The notes under the pieces are model-generated. The model saw only the letters and a list, made by a program, of their open reading frames with translations. It searched no databases and was not told the DNA's origin. Below are positions 17,172 to 24,853 of a stretch of 64,000 nucleotides of DNA, piece by piece. This DNA comes from an uncultured Dehalococcoidia bacterium (GTDB lineage: Bacteria > Chloroflexota > Dehalococcoidia > UBA6926), in contig CAYOPL010000012.1 of the NCBI GenBank assembly GCA_964405845.1, positions 95,583-159,582 of the forward strand, given 5' to 3'. A program made the translations under genes and the position numbers. Within the stretch, counting starts at the first letter, position 1, and every line of letters begins with the position of its first letter.

Positions 17172-19535
17172 TTGAGTCAACAAGACCAGCTGATGCGAGA
17201 GGTGGCGGAGCTTCGAGAGCGTCTCTCCAGGCTGAGCGAGGCTGGCTTCCGCATCAACGAGAGCTTGGACTTCGACACGGTGTTGCAGGAGGTGGTGGAC
17301 AGCGCCCGGACGCTGACCGACTCACGCTACGGGGCGATCACCATCCCGGGCGAGGTCTTCCGACGCCCCACGTTCATCACCTCTGGTCTGACCGAGGAGG
17401 AGCACCAGGGGCTGTGGGACATGCAGGAGGGACTGGGGTTCTTCGAGTATCTCAGCGGCCTGGAGGAGCCCCTGCGGGTCTCTGATATCGACAGCCATCT
17501 GAAGGCATTGAACATGCCTGCATTCCTGCCCTCGGTGGTGGTGAGTTCCGTGCTGGTAGCCCCGATACGCCATCAGGGAGTTGGTGTGGGCACCATCTAT
17601 CTCGCTCATGGCCCTGACGGTGGGGAGTTCACCCAGGAAGACGAGGACACGCTGGTCCTGTTCGCTTCCCAGGCGGCGATGGCCATCGCCAACGCTCGCA
17701 GGCACCGGGAAGAGCGGCGGGCTCGAGCAGACCTGGAGACCCTCTTGGAGGCGTCCCCCGTTGGCGTCGTAATCCTCGATGCCGTCATGGGAGTGCCGAA
17801 ATCCTTCAACAAGGAAGCTAGGAGAATCGTGGGCAGCCTGCTCAATCCTGACCAGTCCCCGGAGGACCTCATCGACCTGGTGACCTACAGGCGGGCCGAT
17901 GGTCGAGAGGTCACCCTGCGAGAGTTCCCGATGACCGAGATCCTCACCACCCGGGAGACCGTACGGGCCGAAGAGATCGTCATGAGTGTCCCGGACGGCC
18001 GCAGCGTCACTACCCTTGTTAACGCCACACCCATCTTCTCGGATGAAGGTGAAGTCGAGTCGGTAGTCGTCACTTTTCAGGACATGGCCAACGTGGAGGA
18101 GATGGCGCGGCTGCGAGCCGAATTCCTGGCGATGGTTAGTCACGAGTTGAGAACTCCTCTGACCTCCATTAAAGGTTCTGTCTCCACAATCATGGATGCG
18201 GGGGCGGACCTTGACCCCGCCGTGGCTCGCCAGTTCGTTCGGATTATCAATGACCAGGCCGACCACATGAACGCCCTGGTTGCAGACTTGCTCGACGTGG
18301 CCCGCATTGAGACGGGCACGCTGCCGGTTGATCCTGAGCCTGCCGAGGTGGCCGTATTGATGGACAGGGCGCGGAGCGCCTTCGTCAGTTCTTCGGGAGA
18401 CAGGAACAACTTCACAATAGACATCGAGCCGGATCTGCCTCTGGTGATGGCGGATAGGCGGCGCATCGTCCAGGTGCTGGGCAACCTGCTTTCTAACGCG
18501 GCGCGAAATTCCCCGGAGTCGGCGGTCATCAGGGTAACCGCTGTGCGGGATGGTGTTCATGTTGCGTTCTCTGTGGTCGACGAGGGACGCGGCATCCCGG
18601 CGGAGAGCCTGCCGCACCTGTTCCGCAAGTTCTATGGAGCGCAGTCCGAGGAGCAGGGAGGAGACACGGGGCTGGGTCTGGCCATCTGCAAGGGCATTGT
18701 GGAAGCGCATGGCGGCCGCATCTGGGCTGAGAGCGACGGGCCCGGAATGGGAGCGCGTTTCACCTTCACCCTTCCTGCGCTCGAAGACTCCGGAAACGAC
18801 ACAGCCGGTAGATTCCCGCCGGTCTCAACGCGACGTGAAGAAAGGGAAGAGGAGCGGCTGCGCGTTCTGGCCGTGGACGACGACCCCAACGATCTCCGCT
18901 ACGTTCGTGACACTCTTGCTAGGTCGGGCTATGCCCCCATCTTGACCGGAGACCCGGAGGAGGCGCTCCGTCTCGTGGAGGAGGAGAAGCCGGAACTCGT
19001 GTTGCTTGATCTGATGCTCCCGGAAACGGACGGCATCGAGCTGATGAAGGACATCCTCGATGTGACCGATGTGCCGGTTATCTTCCTGTCCGCCTACGGA
19101 CGAGAAGAGCTCATCGCCAGGGCCTTCGACATGGGGGCCACCGATTACGTCGTGAAGCCCTTCTCCCCCACGGAACTCTCAGCCAGGATCAGGGCGGCCC
19201 TGCGAAGACGCGCGGCCGCAGAGCCGACAAAACCTTACGTGCTCGGCGATCTGACCGTCGACTACGCCGGGCGCAGGGTGACCCTCGCCGGGAATCCTGT
19301 CCATCTCACACCGACTGAATATCGGGTGCTGGCCGAACTCTCGGCCAGCGCAGGACAGGTGATGACATATGAGCGCCTTCTCGTTCAGGTTTGGGGCGAG
19401 AAAAGCGACGGTGACGTGCGCCCAATGCGCACTATCGTGAACAAGCTCCGCCGCAAGCTGGGAGAGGACGCGGAAACCCCCACCCGCATCTTCACCGAAC
19501 CCCGCGTCGGCTACCGTATGCCGAAAGGCGAGTAG
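17172..19535 (+). CDS. Single-protein two-component system. The domain order is coiled-coil/GAF - PAS - HisKA - HATPase_c (sensor histidine kinase) - REC receiver - OmpR/PhoB-type winged-helix DNA-binding domain.
   Basis: The H-box reads EFLAMVSHELRTPLTSI, and the ATPase region contains GLGLAICKGIVEAHGGRIWAESDGPGMGARFTFTLP. The REC domain reads LAVDDDPNDLRYVRDTLARSGYAPILTGDPEEALRLVEEEKPELVLLDLMLPETDGIEL. The trans_reg_C region reads LTPTEYRVLAELSASAGQVMTYERLL...VRPMRTIVNKLRRKL...RVGYRMP. The probable start is TTG 17172 (SD AAGAGGTGA upstream) or ATG 17193; the track ORF begins at an in-frame TTG at 17091. Confidence 0.85.
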   Translation: MSQQDQLMREVAELRERLSRLSEAGFRINESLDFDTVLQEVVDSARTLTDSRYGAITIPGEVFRRPTFITSGLTEEEHQGLWDMQEGLGFFEYLSGLEEPLRVSDIDSHLKALNMPAFLPSVVVSSVLVAPIRHQGVGVGTIYLAHGPDGGEFTQEDEDTLVLFASQAAMAIANARRHREERRARADLETLLEASPVGVVILDAVMGVPKSFNKEARRIVGSLLNPDQSPEDLIDLVTYRRADGREVTLREFPMTEILTTRETVRAEEIVMSVPDGRSVTTLVNATPIFSDEGEVESVVVTFQDMANVEEMARLRAEFLAMVSHELRTPLTSIKGSVSTIMDAGADLDPAVARQFVRIINDQADHMNALVADLLDVARIETGTLPVDPEPAEVAVLMDRARSAFVSSSGDRNNFTIDIEPDLPLVMADRRRIVQVLGNLLSNAARNSPESAVIRVTAVRDGVHVAFSVVDEGRGIPAESLPHLFRKFYGAQSEEQGGDTGLGLAICKGIVEAHGGRIWAESDGPGMGARFTFTLPALEDSGNDTAGRFPPVSTRREEREEERLRVLAVDDDPNDLRYVRDTLARSGYAPILTGDPEEALRLVEEEKPELVLLDLMLPETDGIELMKDILDVTDVPVIFLSAYGREELIARAFDMGATDYVVKPFSPTELSARIRAALRRRAAAEPTKPYVLGDLTVDYAGRRVTLAGNPVHLTPTEYRVLAELSASAGQVMTYERLLVQVWGEKSDGDVRPMRTIVNKLRRKLGEDAETPTRIFTEPRVGYRMPKGE

Positions 19536-19712
19536 CCGGCGAACAATAAAACCTCGTTGTTCCTGCACCTTTCCCGGCTGGATGACTCAGACCAAAACTA
19601 CGACTAACTTCCGGCCGATAGTGATGTAGTAGCCGCTATTGACGCAGTAAAGGTAAAGGCGACCTGACCCGAAAGGCTGGCGTAACCAACCCAGCCCAAT
19701 TACAGCAAAAAA

Positions 19713-19784
19713 TACCCCTGCCGGGACTCGAACCCGGGCCACCAGCTCCGGAGGCTGGTGCTCTATCCGCTGAGCTACAGGGGC
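19713..19784 (-). tRNA. tRNA-Arg (anticodon CCG).
   Basis: The reverse complement GCCCCTGTAGCTCAGCGGATAGAGCACCAGCCTCCGGAGCTGGTGGCCCGGGTTCGAGTCCCGGCAGGGGTA folds as a cloverleaf. The anticodon loop CUCCGGA carries the anticodon CCG, and the T-loop reads GGTTCGAGTCC. CCA is not encoded. Confidence 0.9.
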
Positions 19785-19830
19785 ATGATTACGCCTTGCG
19801 GCGCCCCACCATCATACCCCGCTCAGTTGG

Positions 19831-21153
19831 CTAAACCTGGCTCTCCGACACTTGATCCCTGCGCAAGCCCGGGGCATTCCTGCGGAACGCAGGCACCAGC
19901 ACAGCGGGCGCAATAAGTGTGGTCGCAATCGTCATTAGGATTGCCACGCCGAACAGGTCTTGCCCAATCAATCCTTCAGATACACCGATGCCGGCCACAA
20001 TCAGTCCCACCTCGCCGCGCGGCGCCATTCCCACGCCCACGCGCCATGCTCCGATGCGACTGAATCCTGCCGCCAGCGCCGGAATGCCGGATCCCGCCAC
20101 CTTGCCGATAATGGCCAGCACAACGACGATCAACCCGAATCCCAGCGCATCTAACATCGCCTCGATATTCACCATCGTGCCCATCACGACGAAGAAAATC
20201 GGAACCATTGCGTGGTATAGGCCGTTCAAAGGTTGATGCAGTTGTTGGCGGAGCTCTGTTTGGGACAACGCCAGGCCCACGGAGTACGCGCCGATGATCA
20301 TTGCTAGCCCGAACATCTCCGCCAGCGCCGCCGCAAATAGTCCGATGCCGAACACAATCGCAATCGCCGCGCCCTCCACGCGGACGCTGTTGATCGCTCG
20401 GACAATGTACTTCGCGCCGAGAATCCCGCCGCCGGTCAGCACAAGCCAGAAGCCGATCGCCTTCGCGCCGACGATGGCCACCTCGGTCCACTCGAACGAA
20501 GCTGCCTCTGTAGCTGCCCCAACGGACTCGCCTGCCGTCACGCCCACCACAACCGTCAAAATCAGGATTCCCAGCACGTCGTCCACAACGGCCGCGCCCA
20601 GGATCGTCACACCCTCCGGTGAATCCAAACGTCGTAAATCGTCCAGCACCCGCGCCGTGATGCCCACGGACGTCGCCGTCATGATGGTTCCGACAAACAG
20701 GGCAGGGGCCGATGTGATTGAGTCGGCGAATCCGAACAGAACAGTTGAGTATGCTCCCAGGGCAAAGGGGGCAACAACGCCGCCGATGGCCACCACGCTC
20801 GCCTGCGGCACGAACCGCAGGAACGCCTTGAGATCGGTATTCAGTCCGGTTTCGAGCAGCAGGATGATGGCCGCCACCTGGCCCACAACGAACAACGTCT
20901 TGGGGACGGGGATGACAGCGTCCTCTGCTGGCTTCTCAAAAAGCGGACCGATCTGCCCGATTGGGCCGATGCCGGCCAACTCGAGGCCACCCAATGCGAA
21001 CGGGCCGATGATGATGCCCGCTACCAGCTCCCCAATGACGGCCGGCTGTCGCAGAATGCGCTCAGTGAACTCGCCTGCAAGCTTGGCGACGACCAGGATT
21101 ATGCCCAGCTGCATGGCGAGAATCACGGCCGAGTGGGTAAAATCTTCGCCCAA
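19831..21153 (-). CDS. Monovalent cation:proton antiporter of the CPA2 family (Kef/NapA-like Na+(K+)/H+ exchanger).
   Basis: MGEDFTHSAVILAMQLGIILVVAKLAGEFTERILRQPAVIGELVAGIIIGPF... shows 12-13 TM segments typical of Na_H_Exchanger family proteins. Confidence 0.8.
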   Translation of the reverse strand: MGEDFTHSAVILAMQLGIILVVAKLAGEFTERILRQPAVIGELVAGIIIGPFALGGLELAGIGPIGQIGPLFEKPAEDAVIPVPKTLFVVGQVAAIILLLETGLNTDLKAFLRFVPQASVVAIGGVVAPFALGAYSTVLFGFADSITSAPALFVGTIMTATSVGITARVLDDLRRLDSPEGVTILGAAVVDDVLGILILTVVVGVTAGESVGAATEAASFEWTEVAIVGAKAIGFWLVLTGGGILGAKYIVRAINSVRVEGAAIAIVFGIGLFAAALAEMFGLAMIIGAYSVGLALSQTELRQQLHQPLNGLYHAMVPIFFVVMGTMVNIEAMLDALGFGLIVVVLAIIGKVAGSGIPALAAGFSRIGAWRVGVGMAPRGEVGLIVAGIGVSEGLIGQDLFGVAILMTIATTLIAPAVLVPAFRRNAPGLRRDQVSESQV

Positions 21154-21220
21154 TATTTCCTCCTGGTCGAATATGGCGCAATAGCCACTTTAGTATAAGG
21201 GATACGTATAGGACTGAACC

Positions 21221-21625
21221 GTGCAGAAAAAGGATCGACAGACAGGCCCAACTACCCGTTCTAGGCGCGGGTTGCACGCCCAAAATCTCGCCCGCCGACG
21301 CCTTGAATCCGAGGGTTTCCGCACTCTGGCGGAGAACGTCCGCTACCGCGCCGGAGAGCTCGATATCGTTGGCCTCATCGATGAGACGCTTGTGGCCGTT
21401 GAAGTGCGCAGCCGCTCTACGCCCAACGTTGGCACACCGGAGGAGTCCGTCACTCCCGCCAAGGCTGCCCGCCTCGCACGCCTCATCGAGACATACCGGC
21501 AGCATCACGAAACCGAACGTCTACCGGAACACACCCGCATCGATATCGTCGCCGTCGTCTTTGACCGGCGGGGTAGGCTCATGCGGCTCACCTGGCATAA
21601 AAACGCCATTCAGGACGTACGCTAG
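21221..21625 (+). CDS. YraN family (UPF0102) restriction-endonuclease-fold protein.
   Basis: HAQNLARRRLESEGFRTLAENVRYRAGELDIVGLIDETLVAVEVRSRS... matches the YraN pattern (GEIDLI...VFVEVK). Confidence 0.7.
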   Translation: MQKKDRQTGPTTRSRRGLHAQNLARRRLESEGFRTLAENVRYRAGELDIVGLIDETLVAVEVRSRSTPNVGTPEESVTPAKAARLARLIETYRQHHETERLPEHTRIDIVAVVFDRRGRLMRLTWHKNAIQDVR

Positions 21626-21627
21626 CC

Positions 21628-21660
21628 TCCCGCTCACTCTGAGCGTGTCGAAGGGTGAGC
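21628..21660. repeat. REP-like repeat module A.
   Basis: cccgctcactctgagcgtgtcgaagggtgagcc. Confidence 0.7.
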
Positions 21661-21709
21661 CTGTCAAGAATAGGAGCAGCCGCAGCCCCTCTGGTAGACT
21701 GACCAAGCT

Positions 21710-21973
21710 ATGCCAATCTACGAATTCAAGTGCGATGACTGCAGTCGAGACACCAGCGTCTTCACCCGCTCCGTCTCCGCCCCCATCGGCGACCCCACGT
21801 GCCGCCACTGCGGCGGCAAGTCCCTGCGACGCAAGGTCTCGCGTGTTGCCGTCGTTCGCTCGCGACAGGATCTCTACCGCGACTATGACCGCCTCTCCGC
21901 CTTTGATGACGCGCCGAGTGATGATGATTACGATGGGACGGATGACGGCTACTTCGATGACGGGTACGATTAA
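21710..21973 (+). CDS. FmdB-family zinc-ribbon protein (putative regulatory protein) with an acidic D/Y-rich C-terminal tail.
   Basis: MPIYEFKCDDCSRDTSVFTRSV...CRHCGG shows the CxxC...CxxC motif. The tail reads DDAPSDDDYDGTDDGYFDDGYD. Confidence 0.75.
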   Translation: MPIYEFKCDDCSRDTSVFTRSVSAPIGDPTCRHCGGKSLRRKVSRVAVVRSRQDLYRDYDRLSAFDDAPSDDDYDGTDDGYFDDGYD

Positions 21974-22011
21974 GGACGTTAAGAGAGTTCGTCAGAGAGG
22001 GCGGTGACACA

Positions 22012-22368
22012 ATGCCCATTTATGAATTCACCTGTAACGAGTGCGGCAAGCGCTCCTCCACCTTCTATAAGGTCATGCCGGAGGAGCTGCCTACCAATCA
22101 GGAATGTGCCCATTGCGGCTCCACCAAGACCGAGAAGGTCATGTCCCGTGCCGCATATGTCCGCTCCACCGCCTCCCGTCATGAGGCCTCCGGTGATCCC
22201 GATGCCCCCGGCTATGACTACTGGCGTGACCCGTCAAACATCGGCCGATGGGCTGAGAAGCGCATGGACGAGGCTGGGATTGAGATGCCTGATCGCGTCA
22301 AAGAAATGATTGGCCAGGCCCGCGAAGGCGAAGTCGACAAAATCCTCGACAAGCGCGGCTTGGACTAA
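22012..22368 (+). CDS. FmdB-family zinc-ribbon protein; a paralogue of the upstream gene.
   Basis: MPIYEFTCNECGKRSSTFYKV...CAHCGSTKTEKVMSRAAYV is present. Confidence 0.75.
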   Translation: MPIYEFTCNECGKRSSTFYKVMPEELPTNQECAHCGSTKTEKVMSRAAYVRSTASRHEASGDPDAPGYDYWRDPSNIGRWAEKRMDEAGIEMPDRVKEMIGQAREGEVDKILDKRGLD

Positions 22369-22393
22369 CCCTCCCCCGCCCACCACTTCACGC

Positions 22394-22452
22394 CCCGTTC
22401 GTCCTGAGCGCCAGTCCATCCGCTTACCCTGAGCTTGTCGAAGGGTGAGCCC
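22394..22452. repeat. REP-like repeat; two module A variants.
   Basis: ccgttcgtcctgagcgcc...cttaccctgagcttgtcgaagggtgagcc. Confidence 0.7.
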
Positions 22453-22532
22453 CCATCGACGCACGCTCTTGCTACCACTTGCGATAATTGATGGTAGAAA
22501 TACCCGCCTCGGTTTGTTGAGGAGAAACCAAA

Positions 22533-23363
22533 ATGTCCTTGATCCCACCCGCATTCATGGACAAAGTCGTTGCTCTGGGCACGCCGGACAACGAAGGGAA
22601 CATACGGTACGCCGCCTCAGGTTTCTTGTACGGACAACCGTCAGGGCATCAGGGCAGATACTACGTTTATCTTGTAACGAATCGTCACGTCGTAACGGGG
22701 ATACGCAGCCCTCAGATACGCTTCAATGCACTTGCCGGGGCTGCTCCCAGGATCCTGCCATTGCCTCCGAATGACGGTGGCCCAAATGATCACTGGATCT
22801 TCCACCCCGACCCGGAGATTGACGTTGCCGTTCTGCTCATAGACTCCCTTGGGCAGACTCTGAAGGATGTCAAGGTTGCATTCTTCACGAGCAACGGACA
22901 GACAGAATTCCTGGACTCTATGAGGGATGGTTCTGTCTCCGAAGGAGACGAGGTTTTCGTGCTCGGCTTTCCTCTCGGACTGGCTGGTGCTGAACGGAAC
23001 TACGCGATCGTGCGCCAGGGAGTTATCGCCCGAATTCAGGACTGCTATGAGCGGCGCTCCAAGGAGTTCTTGATAGATTCCTTTGTCTTTCCGGGCAATA
23101 GCGGAGGCCCGGTCATCCTCAAACCGACCATGTTCTCGTATGGCCAGACGCGCCCGGACCCCAAATTGATTGGCGTTGTAGCTGCCTATCAGCCGTACGT
23201 TGACGTCGCGCTGAGCGAGCAAACAGGAAAGCCCCGGCTTATCGTGCAGGAGAACTCGGGACTCGCCACCGTAATGCCCGTCGATGTGATTCAGGAGACC
23301 GTCAAGTTGGCTGCGGAACGGTATGGAATCAGCCAACCCTCCCCATCCGGCATTCCCGCGTAG
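22533..23363 (+). CDS. Cytoplasmic trypsin-like (S1/chymotrypsin-fold) serine peptidase.
   Basis: No signal peptide is present. The His region reads YVYLVTNRHVVTG, the Asp region IDVAVLLID, and the Ser motif FPGNSGGPVIL. Confidence 0.7.
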   Translation: MSLIPPAFMDKVVALGTPDNEGNIRYAASGFLYGQPSGHQGRYYVYLVTNRHVVTGIRSPQIRFNALAGAAPRILPLPPNDGGPNDHWIFHPDPEIDVAVLLIDSLGQTLKDVKVAFFTSNGQTEFLDSMRDGSVSEGDEVFVLGFPLGLAGAERNYAIVRQGVIARIQDCYERRSKEFLIDSFVFPGNSGGPVILKPTMFSYGQTRPDPKLIGVVAAYQPYVDVALSEQTGKPRLIVQENSGLATVMPVDVIQETVKLAAERYGISQPSPSGIPA

Positions 23364-23493
23364 GCGGGAATCTGACACGCCCCACAACCCGCCACGCCGC
23401 CTTTTCCTCTTGTATCCTTATAGCTGAGCGTCGTTGGCACACTCAACGTCGCCCGCTGCGCAATATCCCGGATTCTGATGGAGGCCTCGCCAC

Positions 23494-24816
23494 GTGACCA
23501 TTGAGCCGACGCTGACCGATATGAACACGATCGTTTCGCTCGCCAAGCGACGCGGATTCGTGTTCCCCGCCAGCGAGATCTACGGCGGCATCGGCTCGTC
23601 GTGGGACTATGGCCCCCTCGGCGTGGAGCTCAAGCGCAACGTGCGTGATGCATGGTGGCGCGCGATGGTCCAGGAGCGGGATGACGTCGTTGGCCTTGAT
23701 AGTGCTATCATCCAGAGTCCCCTCGTGTGGGAGGCGAGCGGCCACGTCGCTGGTTTCACGGACCCGCTGATTGAATGCCGTAGCTGCCACCGCCGCCAAC
23801 GCGCCGACCACATCGAGAATGACACGTGCCCGGACTGTGGAGAGGTGGGACAGTTCACGGAGCCGCGACAGTTCAACCTCATGTTCAAGACTTTTCTTGG
23901 GCCGGTGGAAGAGGACGCGGCAGTCGCGTTCCTCCGGCCGGAGACCGCGCAGGGCATCTTCACGAACTTCGAGAACGTGAGAACGGCCACGCGCAAGAAA
24001 ATCCCTTTTGGAATTGCGCAAACGGGTAAATCCTTCCGAAATGAAATTACAACGGGAAACTTTATATTTCGCACCCGCGAGTTCGAACAAATGGAGATGG
24101 AATACTTCGTCCGACCTGAGGACGGATTTTCCTCTCTGGAATACTGGCGTATTGAGCGGATGCGATGGTACACGGATCTCGGCATCAACCCGGAGCGCCT
24201 GCGCTTTCGCCAGCATGATCAGGACGAGCTCGCCCACTACGCCGCCGCCGTCTATGACATTGAGTACCTGTTCCCAATCGGCTGGTCGGAATTGGAGGGC
24301 ATCGCCTACCGCGGTGACTTTGACCTCCGCCAGCACCAGGACAGTTCTGGCCGGAAGCTTGAATACTTCGATGACGAACGACAGGAGCGGTTCATACCTC
24401 ACGTCGTGGAACCCGCCAGCGGCGTCGATCGCTGCCTGCTCGCCTTCCTCGTTGACGGCTACACGGAAGAAGAAGTGAACGGAGAGAGCCGGACCGTGCT
24501 CAAGCTGCACCGCGATCTCGCTCCCTACAAGGTCGCCGTGCTACCCCTCTCCCGCAATCAGAAACTCCTGCCAAAGTCGCGGGAAGTCTATGACATCGTC
24601 CGCCGCCGCTGGATGACCGACTATGATGATTCCCAGTCCATCGGTCGCCGCTATCGCCGGCAGGACGAAATCGGCACGCCGTATTGCGTCACCATCGACT
24701 TCCAGACAGTTGAGGAAGACGACGCTGTCACCGTCCGCGACCGTGACACGATGGAGCAGGTGCGCGTCCCAATCGCTGAGCTTGGCGCGCTGCTAGAGGA
24801 CCGTCTGACGGGGTAG
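23494..24816 (+). CDS. glyQS: Glycine--tRNA ligase (class II, alpha2 dimeric GlyQS type).
   Basis: The N-terminus VSLAKRRGFVFPASEIYGGIGSSWDYGPLGVELKRNVRDAWWRAMV is characteristic. The start is GTG and the protein is 440 aa. Confidence 0.85.
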   Translation: MTIEPTLTDMNTIVSLAKRRGFVFPASEIYGGIGSSWDYGPLGVELKRNVRDAWWRAMVQERDDVVGLDSAIIQSPLVWEASGHVAGFTDPLIECRSCHRRQRADHIENDTCPDCGEVGQFTEPRQFNLMFKTFLGPVEEDAAVAFLRPETAQGIFTNFENVRTATRKKIPFGIAQTGKSFRNEITTGNFIFRTREFEQMEMEYFVRPEDGFSSLEYWRIERMRWYTDLGINPERLRFRQHDQDELAHYAAAVYDIEYLFPIGWSELEGIAYRGDFDLRQHQDSSGRKLEYFDDERQERFIPHVVEPASGVDRCLLAFLVDGYTEEEVNGESRTVLKLHRDLAPYKVAVLPLSRNQKLLPKSREVYDIVRRRWMTDYDDSQSIGRRYRRQDEIGTPYCVTIDFQTVEEDDAVTVRDRDTMEQVRVPIAELGALLEDRLTG

Positions 24817-24853
24817 GGGATACTGCGCCACCACGGGCGTTCTCACACTGCCC

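Noticed and set aside
17322-18710. A 462-aa antisense ORF overlaps the hybrid kinase gene, and many long ORFs on the opposite strand overlap FtsK, CtaAB, CcmF, the adhesin and others.
   Set aside because: These are typical GC-rich genome artefacts. They have Arg/Pro/Gly-rich low-complexity translations and no motifs, and the sense strand carries clear domain signatures.
19536-19600. A hairpin gaacaataaaacctcgttgttc after the kinase gene as a Rho-independent terminator.
   Set aside because: It is a possible stem-loop, but no U-tract follows, so it was left unannotated.
10150-19830. A genomic island integrated at tRNA-Arg(CCG).
   Set aside because: No integrase, no recombinase, and no direct repeat of the tRNA 3' end could be found by eye. 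GC content is not clearly distinct except in short intergenic stretches.
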